Source of the DNA: Hydrurus foetidus
Lineage: Eukaryota
Length of the DNA: 23,711 bases
Reading direction: 5' to 3'
Assembly (NCBI GenBank): GCA_900617105.1
Contig: UYFQ01000478.1
Location: 124,001 to 147,711, forward strand
Under the pieces are notes generated by a model. The model was given only the letters and a program-made list of their open reading frames with translations. It was not told the origin of the DNA and made no database searches. Positions 10,836 through 19,520 of the stretch are shown in pieces. Every line of letters begins with the position of its first letter. Positions within the stretch are counted from its first letter, which is position 1. The translations under genes and the position numbers were made by a program.

Positions 10836-12613
10836 GGCATGGGCCGACTGCTGAGCTCTTCGCCGGGCTCTTCGGCGTCGCACACGCTCTGTGCCCAGGC
10901 CTCGAGCTTGCCGGCGTCGGCACGCAAAATCTCCTGCTTGACCGCGAGAATTTGCGCCGGATGCATGGAGAAGCTGCGCAGACCCAGGCCCAGCAACAGG
11001 CGCGTCATGGTCACGTCGCCCGCCATCTCGCCGCACACACTCACGTCCTTACCCTGGGCCCGACCTTCGGCAATCGTGTCAGCCACCAGGCGCAACACGG
11101 CGGGGTGCAGCGGGTCGTACAGGTGCGCCACCGACTCGTCGGCCCGGTCGATCGCCAGCGTGTACTGGATCAGGTCGTTGGTGCCGATGGAGAGGAAATC
11201 AAAGTACTTGAGAAACAGGCGCAGGCTGAGCGCGGCGGCCGGAATCTCGATCATCGCGCCCAGCTCAATCGGGCCGTAGGCCACGCCGCGCCGGTCCAGC
11301 TGCGCGCGCGCTTTCTCGATATGGGCCATGGTCTGGCGGATTTCGCTAGCGTGGGCCAGCATGGGGATCAGCATGCGCACCTTGCCGTGCGCAGCGGCGC
11401 GCAGGATGGCGCGCAGCTGGGTCAGGAACATGCCCGGGTCCGCCAGGCTCCAGCGGATGGCGCGCAAGCCCAGCGCAGGGTTCAGGTGGGCTTTGTCGCG
11501 CACCGCGGCGTCCAGCGGCTTGTCCGCGCCCACGTCCACCGTGCGAATGGTCACCGGCAGGCCCTGCATGCCTTCCACGGCCTTTTTGTAGGCTTGGTAT
11601 TGCTCTTCCTCATCGGGCAGGCGCCCCTGGCGGCCCATGAACAAAAATTCGCTGCGAAACAGGCCCACGCCCAGTGCTCCGGCCTTCAGCGCCCCTTGGG
11701 CGTCCTCCGGCATTTCGATGTTGGCCAGCAGCTGCACTTTCTGGTCGTCCATGGTGACAGCGGGCGTGTGCAGCAGTCGCTGCAGGCGGCCGCGCTCCAG
11801 CTCGCCCTGGCGCTGCTTGAAGCCGTACTCCGCCAGGATGATGGGCGACGGGTCGACGATGACCACGCCGGCATCGCCGTCAATGATGACCCAGTCGTCC
11901 TGGCGCACCAGCTGGCTGCAGGTGCGCGCGCCCACCACGGCGGGGATGTCCATGCTGCGCGCCACGATGGCGGTGTGCGAGGTCTTGCCGCCCACATCGG
12001 TGATGAAGCCGGCAAACACACTCTGCTTGAACTGCAGCATGTCGGCGGGCGACAGGTCGTGCGCGATCAACACCAACGGCACGTCCACCGTGTCGTCCAG
12101 CAGCAGGTCTTGTTGAGAGGGTTTGCGCGGGCTGCGCTGCGGCTGCAACACCGGCGACTGGGCGCCCTTCATGGCGCGCAACACGCGTTCGCAGATCTGC
12201 TCCAGATCGCTCTTACGCTCGCGCAGGTAGGCGTCTTCCATTTCGTCGAAATGGCGCGCGATGATTTCAAGCTGCGTGGTCAGCGCCCACTCGGCGTTGT
12301 ACAGGCGGTCGGTAATCCAGTGCTTCACGCCGGACACCAGCTCCTCGTCTTCCAGCAGCATCAGGTGCACGTCCAGCAGGGCCGCCAGCTCGTGCGGTGC
12401 CTCCTTGGGGCCCATACGCGTGATGCTGTCCTGCAGGCGGCGAATCTCCTCCACCACCGCGTCACGCCCGGCCCGCACACGGGCTATCTCCGACTCCACC
12501 TCATCCGCTTTGACGAAGTAATGCGCGACATCCACCCGGCTCGATGCCACCAGCACCGCACGCCCAATGGCGATGCCGCGCGAGACGGTGAGACCGTGGA
12601 CGGAAAATGTCAT
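10829..12613 (-). CDS. ptsI: PEP-protein phosphotransferase, PTS enzyme I
   Basis: Starts MTFSVHGLTVSRGIAIG (ATG overlaps the ptsH stop). Contains the GGKTSHTAI phospho-His site, GVGLFRSEF, NPALGLRAIR, SIGTNDLIQY and VCGEMAGD. Confidence 0.97.
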   Translation of the reverse strand: MTFSVHGLTVSRGIAIGRAVLVASSRVDVAHYFVKADEVESEIARVRAGRDAVVEEIRRLQDSITRMGPKEAPHELAALLDVHLMLLEDEELVSGVKHWITDRLYNAEWALTTQLEIIARHFDEMEDAYLRERKSDLEQICERVLRAMKGAQSPVLQPQRSPRKPSQQDLLLDDTVDVPLVLIAHDLSPADMLQFKQSVFAGFITDVGGKTSHTAIVARSMDIPAVVGARTCSQLVRQDDWVIIDGDAGVVIVDPSPIILAEYGFKQRQGELERGRLQRLLHTPAVTMDDQKVQLLANIEMPEDAQGALKAGALGVGLFRSEFLFMGRQGRLPDEEEQYQAYKKAVEGMQGLPVTIRTVDVGADKPLDAAVRDKAHLNPALGLRAIRWSLADPGMFLTQLRAILRAAAHGKVRMLIPMLAHASEIRQTMAHIEKARAQLDRRGVAYGPIELGAMIEIPAAALSLRLFLKYFDFLSIGTNDLIQYTLAIDRADESVAHLYDPLHPAVLRLVADTIAEGRAQGKDVSVCGEMAGDVTMTRLLLGLGLRSFSMHPAQILAVKQEILRADAGKLEAWAQSVCDAEEPGEELSSRPMPL

Positions 12614-12879
12614 TCGCCTTCGCCGAATTTGTCGTTGATGAGGGCCAGCAGCGCATCCATGGCTTCCTGCTCGCGCTCGCCACTGGTTTCCAGCATGACT
12701 TCGGAGCCGATGCCGGCGGCCAGCATCATCACGCCCATGATGCTCTTGGCATTCACGCGGCGTTCGCCACGGGCCATCCACACTTCGCAGGGGAAACTGC
12801 CAGCCAGCTTGGTGAGCTTGGCCGACGCTCGGGCGTGCAATCCCAGTTTATTGACTATGGTCGTGTTGATGCTGATCAT
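12610..12879 (-). CDS. ptsH: Phosphocarrier protein HPr
   Basis: NKLGLHARAS (His15) and NAKSIMGVMMLAA (Ser46). Confidence 0.97.
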   Translation of the reverse strand: MISINTTIVNKLGLHARASAKLTKLAGSFPCEVWMARGERRVNAKSIMGVMMLAAGIGSEVMLETSGEREQEAMDALLALINDKFGEGE

Positions 12880-13294
12880 GAGGTTTGCGATGTTGATTTT
12901 GGGGGGCGGTGACCGCCACTTGCATGATGCTCTGGATGCCGCCGGACAGCGCCCGCGTGACCAGCACGTCCAGCACCTCGTAGCGGTAGTTCACGGTGCG
13001 CAGCAGCATGGGCAGATTCGCACCGGCCACCAGTTTGGTAGTGATGCCGTCAACCACCTTTTGCGCCACGTTGCAGGGCGTGGCGCCGAACACATCGGTC
13101 AGCACCAAGGCTTGCGGTGTGCCCAGCTGGGCCAGCAAAGCCTGGGCTGCGATACGGGTGATCTCGGTGCTCTCGTTGGGTGACACGTCCAGCGCCAGCA
13201 CGCCGGCCGCCGCCTCGGGGTACACGTGCAAGGCCGCCGTGCGCAGCGCACTGGCCAGCGGTGCATGGGCGACGATGAGAATGCCTGTATTCAT
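12848..13294 (-). CDS. PTS EIIA component, mannose/fructose type
   Basis: Motifs ILIVAHAPLASAL, LVLTDVFGATPCN and GANLPMLLR, directly upstream of HPr and EI. Confidence 0.92.
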   Translation of the reverse strand: MNTGILIVAHAPLASALRTAALHVYPEAAAGVLALDVSPNESTEITRIAAQALLAQLGTPQALVLTDVFGATPCNVAQKVVDGITTKLVAGANLPMLLRTVNYRYEVLDVLVTRALSGGIQSIMQVAVTAPQNQHRKPHDQHQHDHSQ

Positions 13295-13352
13295 GGAGGG
13301 GCGAGAAGCAGAAGGAAAGGGATTATGGCGCCTTTGCCGGAAGACAGTTGCC

Positions 13353-13853
13353 TCATGGTTGCGGTGTTTCGGTAAAGAACGGCTCTGTCATGTCCGGCCC
13401 CAAGCGTTCGGCATACACAGCCCAGTGGACGATCTGGCGGCCGCGCAGGCGCCACAGCAATTGCGCTTGCACGGCGCTGCCATCCGGACGCTGGCCCTGG
13501 GCCTGCACCAGTGTCGCGCCGGCCATGGGCTGGTCTTGCGCCTGGCTGGCGCGCAGCGCTGCCAGTGCCTGTGCCCGCCACGCCACCAGTACCTCGGGGG
13601 CGGCTACGCCCTCGGGCAGTTGCACCCGGCTGACGGCAAACAGCCCGCCAGCGGCCTCACACCCCACCATGTCCATGGTCAGCGTGTGCAGCCCCAGCGC
13701 GACACTGCGTTGCGCCTTGTCCGGTTTGCAGGGCAGCATCACGGGCACGGCATCTACGCTGGCCTGGCGCCAGTTCAGCGAAGGGCTGCAGGCCGACAAG
13801 GCGAACAACATCATTGCGGGCAACAGAGCCCGCATCATCACCCTGCGCCTCAC
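13353..13853 (-). CDS. Putative lipoprotein of unknown function
   Basis: Basic N-terminus, hydrophobic stretch and lipobox LSA-C, then SPSLNWR. The GTG start overlaps the upstream stop. Confidence 0.8.
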   Translation of the reverse strand: MRRRVMMRALLPAMMLFALSACSPSLNWRQASVDAVPVMLPCKPDKAQRSVALGLHTLTMDMVGCEAAGGLFAVSRVQLPEGVAAPEVLVAWRAQALAALRASQAQDQPMAGATLVQAQGQRPDGSAVQAQLLWRLRGRQIVHWAVYAERLGPDMTEPFFTETPQP

Positions 13854-14554
13854 TTCAGCGCGCCAAAGACCTTGGTCAGAATGGCGCTGCCGTAGGCCAC
13901 CGGGTTTTGGCGGATCTTCTTCTCTTCTTCCGAAATCATGAAGAACAGGCCATCCAGCGCTTTGCCGGTCACGTACTGCTGGATGTTGGCGTCTTCTTTT
14001 TTTAACAGCCCCAGGTCCGAGGCTTTGCCAGCCAGCTGGTTGTACTTGTCGGCCAGGCCCACTTTTTCGGTGGCTTTGGTGACGATGGGCAAGAACTTGA
14101 CACCCAGCGGTGAACGGGTTTTCTCGGCAAAAAACTGGGTGACTGCAGTGTCACCACCACTCAAAATGCCTTTGGCATCGTTCACCGACATGGTCTGCAC
14201 CGCCTTGACCAGCAGATCCTTGGCCATGGGCACGGCGGCCTCGGCACCGCGGTTCATGGAGGTGACCAGCTCGTCCACCCGGGTGCCCTGGCCGAAGGTG
14301 CGCAGCAGTTTTCCAGCATCTTCGAGGTACCCTGGCAAAGGAATGCGAACTTTTTCGTTGCCAAGGAATCCATCCGTGGTGCCCAAAATGCCCACGGCGG
14401 CCAGCGCGCCTTTTTCAAGCGCGGTTTTCAGGCCCTTGGAGGCGTCCGCATTGGTCAGGTCCCCCAAGCTGAGGGCGTAGGCGGGCTGCAAACTGGCCGC
14501 TGCCCACAGGGCAGCACTGGTGAGCGAGAAGGAATTAAAATGTCGACGGTCCAT
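13850..14554 (-). CDS. DUF4197-like exported protein with a probable Tat signal
   Basis: MDRRHF...AYA signal, with motifs GLKTALEKG, VRIPLP, SMNRGAEAAVP and YVTGKALDGLFFMISEEEKKIRQNP. Confidence 0.88.
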   Translation of the reverse strand: MDRRHFNSFSLTSAALWAAASLQPAYALSLGDLTNADASKGLKTALEKGALAAVGILGTTDGFLGNEKVRIPLPGYLEDAGKLLRTFGQGTRVDELVTSMNRGAEAAVPMAKDLLVKAVQTMSVNDAKGILSGGDTAVTQFFAEKTRSPLGVKFLPIVTKATEKVGLADKYNQLAGKASDLGLLKKEDANIQQYVTGKALDGLFFMISEEEKKIRQNPVAYGSAILTKVFGALK

Positions 14555-14571
14555 GTGGGGTACCTACTGAG

Positions 14572-15069
14572 ATGAAAAAACAAATCGTGATCGCCAGCAT
14601 CGTAGCGGCTTGCGCCGTGCTTGCCGGCGGCTATTTGCTTGGCAGCAGCAATGCTGCGCCTGCGTCGACCTTCGTGCTGCTGGATGGCTCGCAGAAGCAA
14701 ACCACCGACCTCAAGGGCCGCGTCACCCTGGTGAACTTTTGGGCCACCAGCTGCGTCACCTGCGTAGCGGAAATGCCCAAGGTCATCGCGACCTACGAAA
14801 AATACAAGGGCCAGGGCTACGGCACCATGGCCGTGGCCATGTCCTACGACCCCCCTAGCTATGTCGTGAATTATGTACAGACCCGTAAGCTGCCGTTTGA
14901 CGTGGCCATTGACAACACAGGTGCAGTGGCCAAGGCCTGGGGCGAGGTGGGTATCACCCCGACCAGCTACCTGGTCAACAAGCGCGGCGAGATCGTCAAG
15001 CGCTATGTGGGCGAGCCCAATTTCACCGAGTTGCACCAGCTCATCGAAAAGCTACTGCAAGAAACCTGA
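14572..15069 (+). CDS. TlpA-family thiol-disulfide oxidoreductase
   Basis: N-terminal membrane anchor, LVNFWATSCVTC (CxxC) and a cis-Pro segment ITPTSYLV. Confidence 0.92.
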   Translation: MKKQIVIASIVAACAVLAGGYLLGSSNAAPASTFVLLDGSQKQTTDLKGRVTLVNFWATSCVTCVAEMPKVIATYEKYKGQGYGTMAVAMSYDPPSYVVNYVQTRKLPFDVAIDNTGAVAKAWGEVGITPTSYLVNKRGEIVKRYVGEPNFTELHQLIEKLLQET

Positions 15070-15102
15070 ACGGTTTCCTGCAACGCCGCAACGGTCCAGC
15101 GC

Positions 15103-15430
15103 CTAGTTGCGGAATGCATCGTGGCAGGTCTTGCAGTGGCCACCGGCCGCACGCCCACTGCGACCTAGATAGTGTCCCGGCTGGCGGTTTTTGGCGGCCG
15201 CGTTGAGTTTTGCCATATCGGCCTTCAGCTTCTCGGACAGTTCGGTGAACTTGGCCACTTTGGCATCAAATGGGGCTTTACCTGCCGCCATAGTCGCCAC
15301 CCGACCGAAGTTTTGTTGCATCGCAAACAATGTACTTCTGCGGTACTTTATAGTGTCTTCAGCCTTGGCAAACTGGGCTGATGCAGGCATAACAATCAGC
15401 AAGACAGTCGCGGCCAGTGCGGTGCTACAT
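15103..15430 (-). pseudogene. Degenerate cytochrome c' (class II cytochrome c)
   Basis: Retains a signal-like segment, AQFAKAEDTIKYR and C-terminal CKTCHDAFRN. There is no in-frame ATG ahead of the signal, an apparent internal deletion at ~15255, and a locally shifted segment starting at the A5 run (15188-15192). Confidence 0.8.
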
Positions 15431-15479
15431 TGTTGCGTTGCGGCCCGTCGGTACTGCCCTTCGTATTGGGAGACAAACT

Positions 15480-15970
15480 ATGCGTAATACCAGGGCTTGG
15501 GACCTGCCCACTCGGTTCTTCCATTGGGCCTTGGCCGTGTGCTTTGTGGCATTGGTGATCACCGGGCCCACCGGTGTATTCGACTGGCAATTCCGACTGG
15601 GCTACAGCGTGTTGACGCTACTGCTGTTCCGCTTGGCATGGGGTTTTGTCGGCGGGCAATGGTCTCGCTTTTCCAGCTTTGCCTATGCCCCGTCCACCAT
15701 CCTGCGTTACCTGCGCGGCAGAGGCCAGATGCTGCACAACGCGGGCCGCAAGCCGCTCGGTTTCTTGGCCGTGCTGGCGCTGCTGCACATTAGTGCCGCT
15801 GAGTTCTGCCGGGTCAAAGAGGGACAAAACCTAGCCGCCCCCAGGTTGTATGGCGACAAAGACATGCCGGATTTGGCCCCGGCGTCCTGCGTCGATGCCC
15901 GCTCACACAGCTTGACGCTGATCATCGTCCTAATATGCGCAGGTTTGGTCGCTGGCATGGTGCGGTGGAC
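15480..15970 (+). pseudogene. Degenerate cytochrome b (Ni-hydrogenase b-type/b561-like)
   Basis: Retains WDLPTRFFHW and LLLFRLAWGFVGGQWSRF. Expected His residues read Gln (WQFRLG) and Arg (GRKPLG), a central segment appears missing at ~15780, and the frame runs on to 16085 over the next gene. The end coordinate is approximate. Confidence 0.78.
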
Positions 15971-16420
15971 ACCATCAGCGCCAACTCTATACTGGAAGCC
16001 CCTAAGGCCCACCTGCGCCAACCCCAACCCACCGCGGACTATGACGGTGTTCGTGCTCTGTTCCAAGAATATCCAAACAGCTTAGGCGTGGACCTGTGTT
16101 TCCAGAATTTCGAGAGCAAACTGTGCAAGCGGCCCGGAGAGTGCGCCTTCCCGCGGGGCGCACTGCGCCCACGGTACAGCGCCGACTACACCAACGCCTC
16201 AGAAATGAAACGCCTTTTTGTGCTACCCGAATTTCGTGGCTAGGGCTTGGAGAGCACTCTGGATGCAGCGCGGCAGTCCGGCTACCGCTGTGTGCTGCTG
16301 GACACGCTGGACGAGATGGAGTCGGCCTGCGCCCTGTACGCTGAATTGGGGTTTGAAGAAGTGCTGCCGTTCTACTACAACCCCATTCCTAGCGCGCACT
16401 ACCTGAAGGCGGAGCTGTAG
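15965..16420 (+). pseudogene. Degenerate GNAT N-acetyltransferase
   Basis: Reads SLGVDLCFQNFE...EMKRLFVLPEFRG*GL...GYRCVLLDTLDEMESACALYAELGFEEV...YYNPIPSAHYLKAEL*. An in-frame TAG at 16241-16243 falls inside the acetyl-CoA motif. The start is approximate. Confidence 0.85.
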
Positions 16421-16443
16421 GTCTTTAAGCAGATACCGGCTGC

Positions 16444-16950
16444 TTAGGCCTTGGCTTGCGCCAACAACGTAGCGGCGTCGCTCACTTCAAACTTGCCAGG
16501 GGCTTCCACGTTCAGCGAAACCACTTTGCCGTCTTTTACGAGCATAGAGTAACGGTTGCTGCGCAGACCCATGCCGCGACCGGTAAGGTCCAAGGTCAAA
16601 CCAGTAGCCAGGGCAAATGCCGCACTGCCATCGGCCAGCATACGAACTTTGCCAGCAGTCTTCTGGTCACGGGCCCAAGCGCCCATCACGAAAGCGTCGT
16701 TCACGCTGACACACCAGATTTCGTCCACGCCGGCAGCCGTAAAGGCTTCCAGGCTCTGCACGTAGCCTGGCACGTGTTGCGCCGAGCAGGTTGGGGTGAA
16801 GGCACCAGGCAGCGCGAACAGCGCGATGGTCTTGCCAGCCGTGGCTTTGACCACGTCGACAGCGTTCGGACCAAGGCTGCAGCCGTCGCCCTCCACTTCG
16901 GAATATTCCATCAATGTGGTGGCGGGGAGGGATTGACCGACTTGAATCAT
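16444..16950 (-). CDS. Peroxiredoxin, Prx5/AHP1 type
   Basis: Motifs FALPGAFTPTCSAQHVPG, VSVNDAFVMGAW and RSNRYSMLV. The ATG at 16950 follows AGGAG. Confidence 0.95.
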   Translation of the reverse strand: MIQVGQSLPATTLMEYSEVEGDGCSLGPNAVDVVKATAGKTIALFALPGAFTPTCSAQHVPGYVQSLEAFTAAGVDEIWCVSVNDAFVMGAWARDQKTAGKVRMLADGSAAFALATGLTLDLTGRGMGLRSNRYSMLVKDGKVVSLNVEAPGKFEVSDAATLLAQAKA

Positions 16951-16993
16951 GTGTGCTCCTGAGGATGAAAGTACGTTTTGAAACCTACCAATG

Positions 16994-17020
16994 AAAACGG
17001 CCCACATTGTGGGCCGTTTT
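16994..17020. terminator. Intrinsic (possibly bidirectional) terminator after rpsQ
   Basis: Perfect inverted repeat AAAACGGCCCAC-ATT-GTGGGCCGTTTT. Confidence 0.85.
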
Positions 17021-17052
17021 GAAGTCACTTGCAGTGAACGAAGCCAAGAGGC

Positions 17053-17322
17053 TTAGACTGCAGCGGCCTTTTCCACCAAACGGGTAGCAACCCAGTTCTT
17101 GGTCTTGGAAATAGGCCTGCTTTCCGTGATTTCGATGACATCACCTAACTTGTACTCGCCCTTTTCGTCATGGGCGTGGTACTTGCTGGACTTGCCAACG
17201 ATCTTGCCGTAAAGCTCATGCTTCACGCGACGCTCGATCAGTACAGTCACTGTCTTCGAACGCTTGTCGCTGACCACCTTGCCAATCAAGGTGCGCTTGA
17301 GGGATTTTTTAGCTTCCGTCAT
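17053..17322 (-). CDS. rpsQ: 30S ribosomal protein S17
   Basis: Motifs GKVVSDK, KYHAHDE and [11 protein letters not shown]. Confidence 0.98.
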   Translation of the reverse strand: MTEAKKSLKRTLIGKVVSDKRSKTVTVLIERRVKHELYGKIVGKSSKYHAHDEKGEYKLGDVIEITESRPISKTKNWVATRLVEKAAAV

Positions 17323-17332
17323 TTATCGCTCC

Positions 17333-17542
17333 TTATTTGGCGGATTTTTCAGCGCTTTGCTTTTGCACAAGAATAGTCTTGGCACGAGCAATATCACGGC
17401 GCGCAATGCGCAGCGTAGCGGTGTTGTTGAGTTGTTGCGTGGCTTTTTGCATACGCAGGCCAAAGTGGGCTTTTTGCAGCTCTTTGACTTCCGATGTGAG
17501 ACCAGCAATGTCTTTGGTGCGCAGTTCAGCAGCTTTCGTCAT
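17333..17542 (-). CDS. rpmC: 50S ribosomal protein L29
   Basis: [11 protein letters not shown]...[13 protein letters not shown]...RRDIARAKT. The ATG at 17542 follows AGGAG. Confidence 0.97.
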   Translation of the reverse strand: MTKAAELRTKDIAGLTSEVKELQKAHFGLRMQKATQQLNNTATLRIARRDIARAKTILVQKQSAEKSAK

Positions 17543-17558
17543 ATCGATATCTCCTGAA

Positions 17559-17975
17559 TTACTGGCCAATCATGCGTGCCACAAAAGTGGTACGCAGAGG
17601 CAGTTTGGCAGCAGCCAAACGGAATGCCTCGCGCGCCAACTCTTCAGGCACACCGACGATTTCAAAAACGATCTTGCCGGGCTGGATTTCAGCCACGTAG
17701 TATTCCGGGTTACCTTTACCGTTACCCATACGCACTTCAGCAGGCTTTTGGGAAATCGGCTTGTCAGGGAACACGCGAATCCAGATACGGCCGCCACGCT
17801 TCACGTGACGGGAAATTGCACGACGTGCAGCTTCGATCTGGCGAGCCGTCAGACGGCCGCGGTCAGTACACTTGAGACCGAAGTCACCGAATGCGACCGA
17901 GCTTCCTCGGGTAGCAATACCGGTGTTACGGCCTTTTTGCTCTTTGCGGTATTTCCGGCGAGCGGGTTGCAACAT
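17559..17975 (-). CDS. rplP: 50S ribosomal protein L16
   Basis: [16 protein letters not shown] and RMGNGKG. Confidence 0.99.
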   Translation of the reverse strand: MLQPARRKYRKEQKGRNTGIATRGSSVAFGDFGLKCTDRGRLTARQIEAARRAISRHVKRGGRIWIRVFPDKPISQKPAEVRMGNGKGNPEYYVAEIQPGKIVFEIVGVPEELAREAFRLAAAKLPLRTTFVARMIGQ

Positions 17976-17977
17976 GA

Positions 17978-18874
17978 TTATTCTCCTTTACCGTCAGCTG
18001 CTGCAGCTGGCGCGGCGACTTTGCGAACGCGCTTAACGGCTGGTTTGTTTGCATCGGCACCGAGTGCTTCTGCGGGCTTGTCGCTGCCATCGGCAGGTGC
18101 TGTATTGCCACCCACAGGGCGACGAGCGCCACGGGGAGCGGCGCGGTCAGCACCTGGACGAGCACCACCGCGGTCATCGCGGCGGGGTCCACGTGGGCGA
18201 CGCTCTTCATCAGAACGAGGCTCCACAGCGGCTGGCAGATCGTTACGGCCCAAGGTATCACCCTTGTAGACCCAGACCTTCACACCAATGATGCCGTACG
18301 TGGTCTTGGCTTCGGAAGTTCCGTAGTCAATATCAGCACGCAGGGTATGCAATGGCACGCGGCCTTCACGGTACCACTCGCAGCGGGCAATCTCAATGCC
18401 GTTCAAGCGACCCGACGACATGATCTTGATGCCCAGTGCACCCAGACGCATGGCATTTTGCATCGCGCGCTTCATTGCGCGGCGGAACATGATCCGCTTT
18501 TCCAATTGTTGCGTAATGCTGTCAGCGATTAGCTTGGCATCGATTTCGGGCTTGCGCACTTCTTCAATGTTCACTGCAACGGGCACGCCCAATTGCTTGC
18601 CCAGCTCGCGCTTCAAGTTTTCGATGTCTTCGCCCTTCTTGCCGATCACCACGCCCGGACGTGCCGAGAAAATGGTGATACGTGCGTTCTTGGCAGGACG
18701 CTCGATCAGAATACGCGAAACCGAAGCGTTCTTCAACTTGGCCTTCAGGTACTCACGCACCTTGATGTCTTCGGCCAACATGCCCGCGAAATCGCGGTTG
18801 CTGGCGTACCAACGAGAAGACCAATTACGGCTGATCGCCAAGCGAAAGCCGGTTGGGTGGATTTTTTGTCCCAT
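17978..18874 (-). CDS. rpsC: 30S ribosomal protein S3 with a long C-terminal extension
   Basis: Starts [12 protein letters not shown] at 18874, with [10 protein letters not shown] and [15 protein letters not shown]. Confidence 0.99.
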   Translation of the reverse strand: MGQKIHPTGFRLAISRNWSSRWYASNRDFAGMLAEDIKVREYLKAKLKNASVSRILIERPAKNARITIFSARPGVVIGKKGEDIENLKRELGKQLGVPVAVNIEEVRKPEIDAKLIADSITQQLEKRIMFRRAMKRAMQNAMRLGALGIKIMSSGRLNGIEIARCEWYREGRVPLHTLRADIDYGTSEAKTTYGIIGVKVWVYKGDTLGRNDLPAAVEPRSDEERRPRGPRRDDRGGARPGADRAAPRGARRPVGGNTAPADGSDKPAEALGADANKPAVKRVRKVAAPAAAADGKGE

Positions 18875-18890
18875 ATCTTCCTGGCCTCTT

Positions 18891-19220
18891 TCAGTTACCA
18901 ACCGTCACGTACACATGGCACGTGGGCTTGCGGATTTGATTGCCACGGCCTTTGGCGCGTGCCGTGAAGCGACGCAGAGAAGCACCTTGCTCGACGTAGA
19001 TGGTTTTCACCTTCAGTTCGTCAATATCGGCGCCGTCATTGTGCTCAGCATTGGCAATGGCGGATTCCAGAACCTTCTTGATGATCACAGCAGCTTTTTT
19101 CTGTGTGAATTGCAAGATGTTCAGAGCTTGGTCAACTTTTTTGCCACGGATCAGATCCGCGACCAGACGACCTTTGTCTACCGACAAACGGACGCCACGA
19201 AGGGTTGCACGAGTTTCCAT
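18891..19220 (-). CDS. rplV: 50S ribosomal protein L22
   Basis: [22 protein letters not shown] and RAKGRG, with a GGAGG RBS before the ATG at 19220. Confidence 0.98.
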   Translation of the reverse strand: METRATLRGVRLSVDKGRLVADLIRGKKVDQALNILQFTQKKAAVIIKKVLESAIANAEHNDGADIDELKVKTIYVEQGASLRRFTARAKGRGNQIRKPTCHVYVTVGN

Positions 19221-19230
19221 GGTCACCTCC

Positions 19231-19509
19231 TTATTTCTTTTGGACTTTTTTGTCCGCAGGATGGCCCTTGAAAGTACGGGTCAGAGCGAACTCACCCAAC
19301 TTATGGCCAACCATTTGGTCAGTGATATAGACAGGCACGTGCTGTTTGCCATTGTGCACAGCGATGGTCAAGCCGATGAAATCGGGCAGGATCATGGAGC
19401 GACGCGACCAAGTCTTGATCGGCTTCTTGTCCTTGGTAGCAACGGCCTTTTCGGTCTTGGCTACCAAGTGGTGGTCCACAAAGGGACCTTTTTTGAGAGA
19501 ACGAGTCAT
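19231..19509 (-). CDS. rpsS: 30S ribosomal protein S19
   Basis: [19 protein letters not shown] and MVGHKLGEF. Confidence 0.99.
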   Translation of the reverse strand: MTRSLKKGPFVDHHLVAKTEKAVATKDKKPIKTWSRRSMILPDFIGLTIAVHNGKQHVPVYITDQMVGHKLGEFALTRTFKGHPADKKVQKK

Positions 19510-19520
19510 TTACCTACCCC

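Noticed and set aside
10829..12781. 650-aa PtsI with an N-terminal extension, as given in the ORF track
   Set aside because: The extension overlaps ptsH out of frame. The real start is the ATG at 12613, coupled to the ptsH stop.
10952..13183. 743-aa plus-strand ORF opposite the PTS genes
   Set aside because: It is an antisense shadow of GC3-rich genes, with no recognisable motif and a composition typical of reverse-frame translation.
13322..13350. CATAAT -10 box upstream of the PTS EIIA gene
   Set aside because: Plausible, but there is no credible -35 or extended -10, so it is too weak to list.
6000..14500. Visibly higher GC here than in the atp and ribosomal operons, taken as evidence of horizontal transfer
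   Set aside because: The contrast follows expression class. Highly expressed operons use less GC3-biased codons, and core genes such as lipA and ptsI share the high GC.
16241..16243. In-frame TAG in the GNAT as pyrrolysine or stop-codon reassignment
   Set aside because: TAG terminates other genes in the window (e.g. at 10767 and 8189), and the GNAT carries additional lesions.
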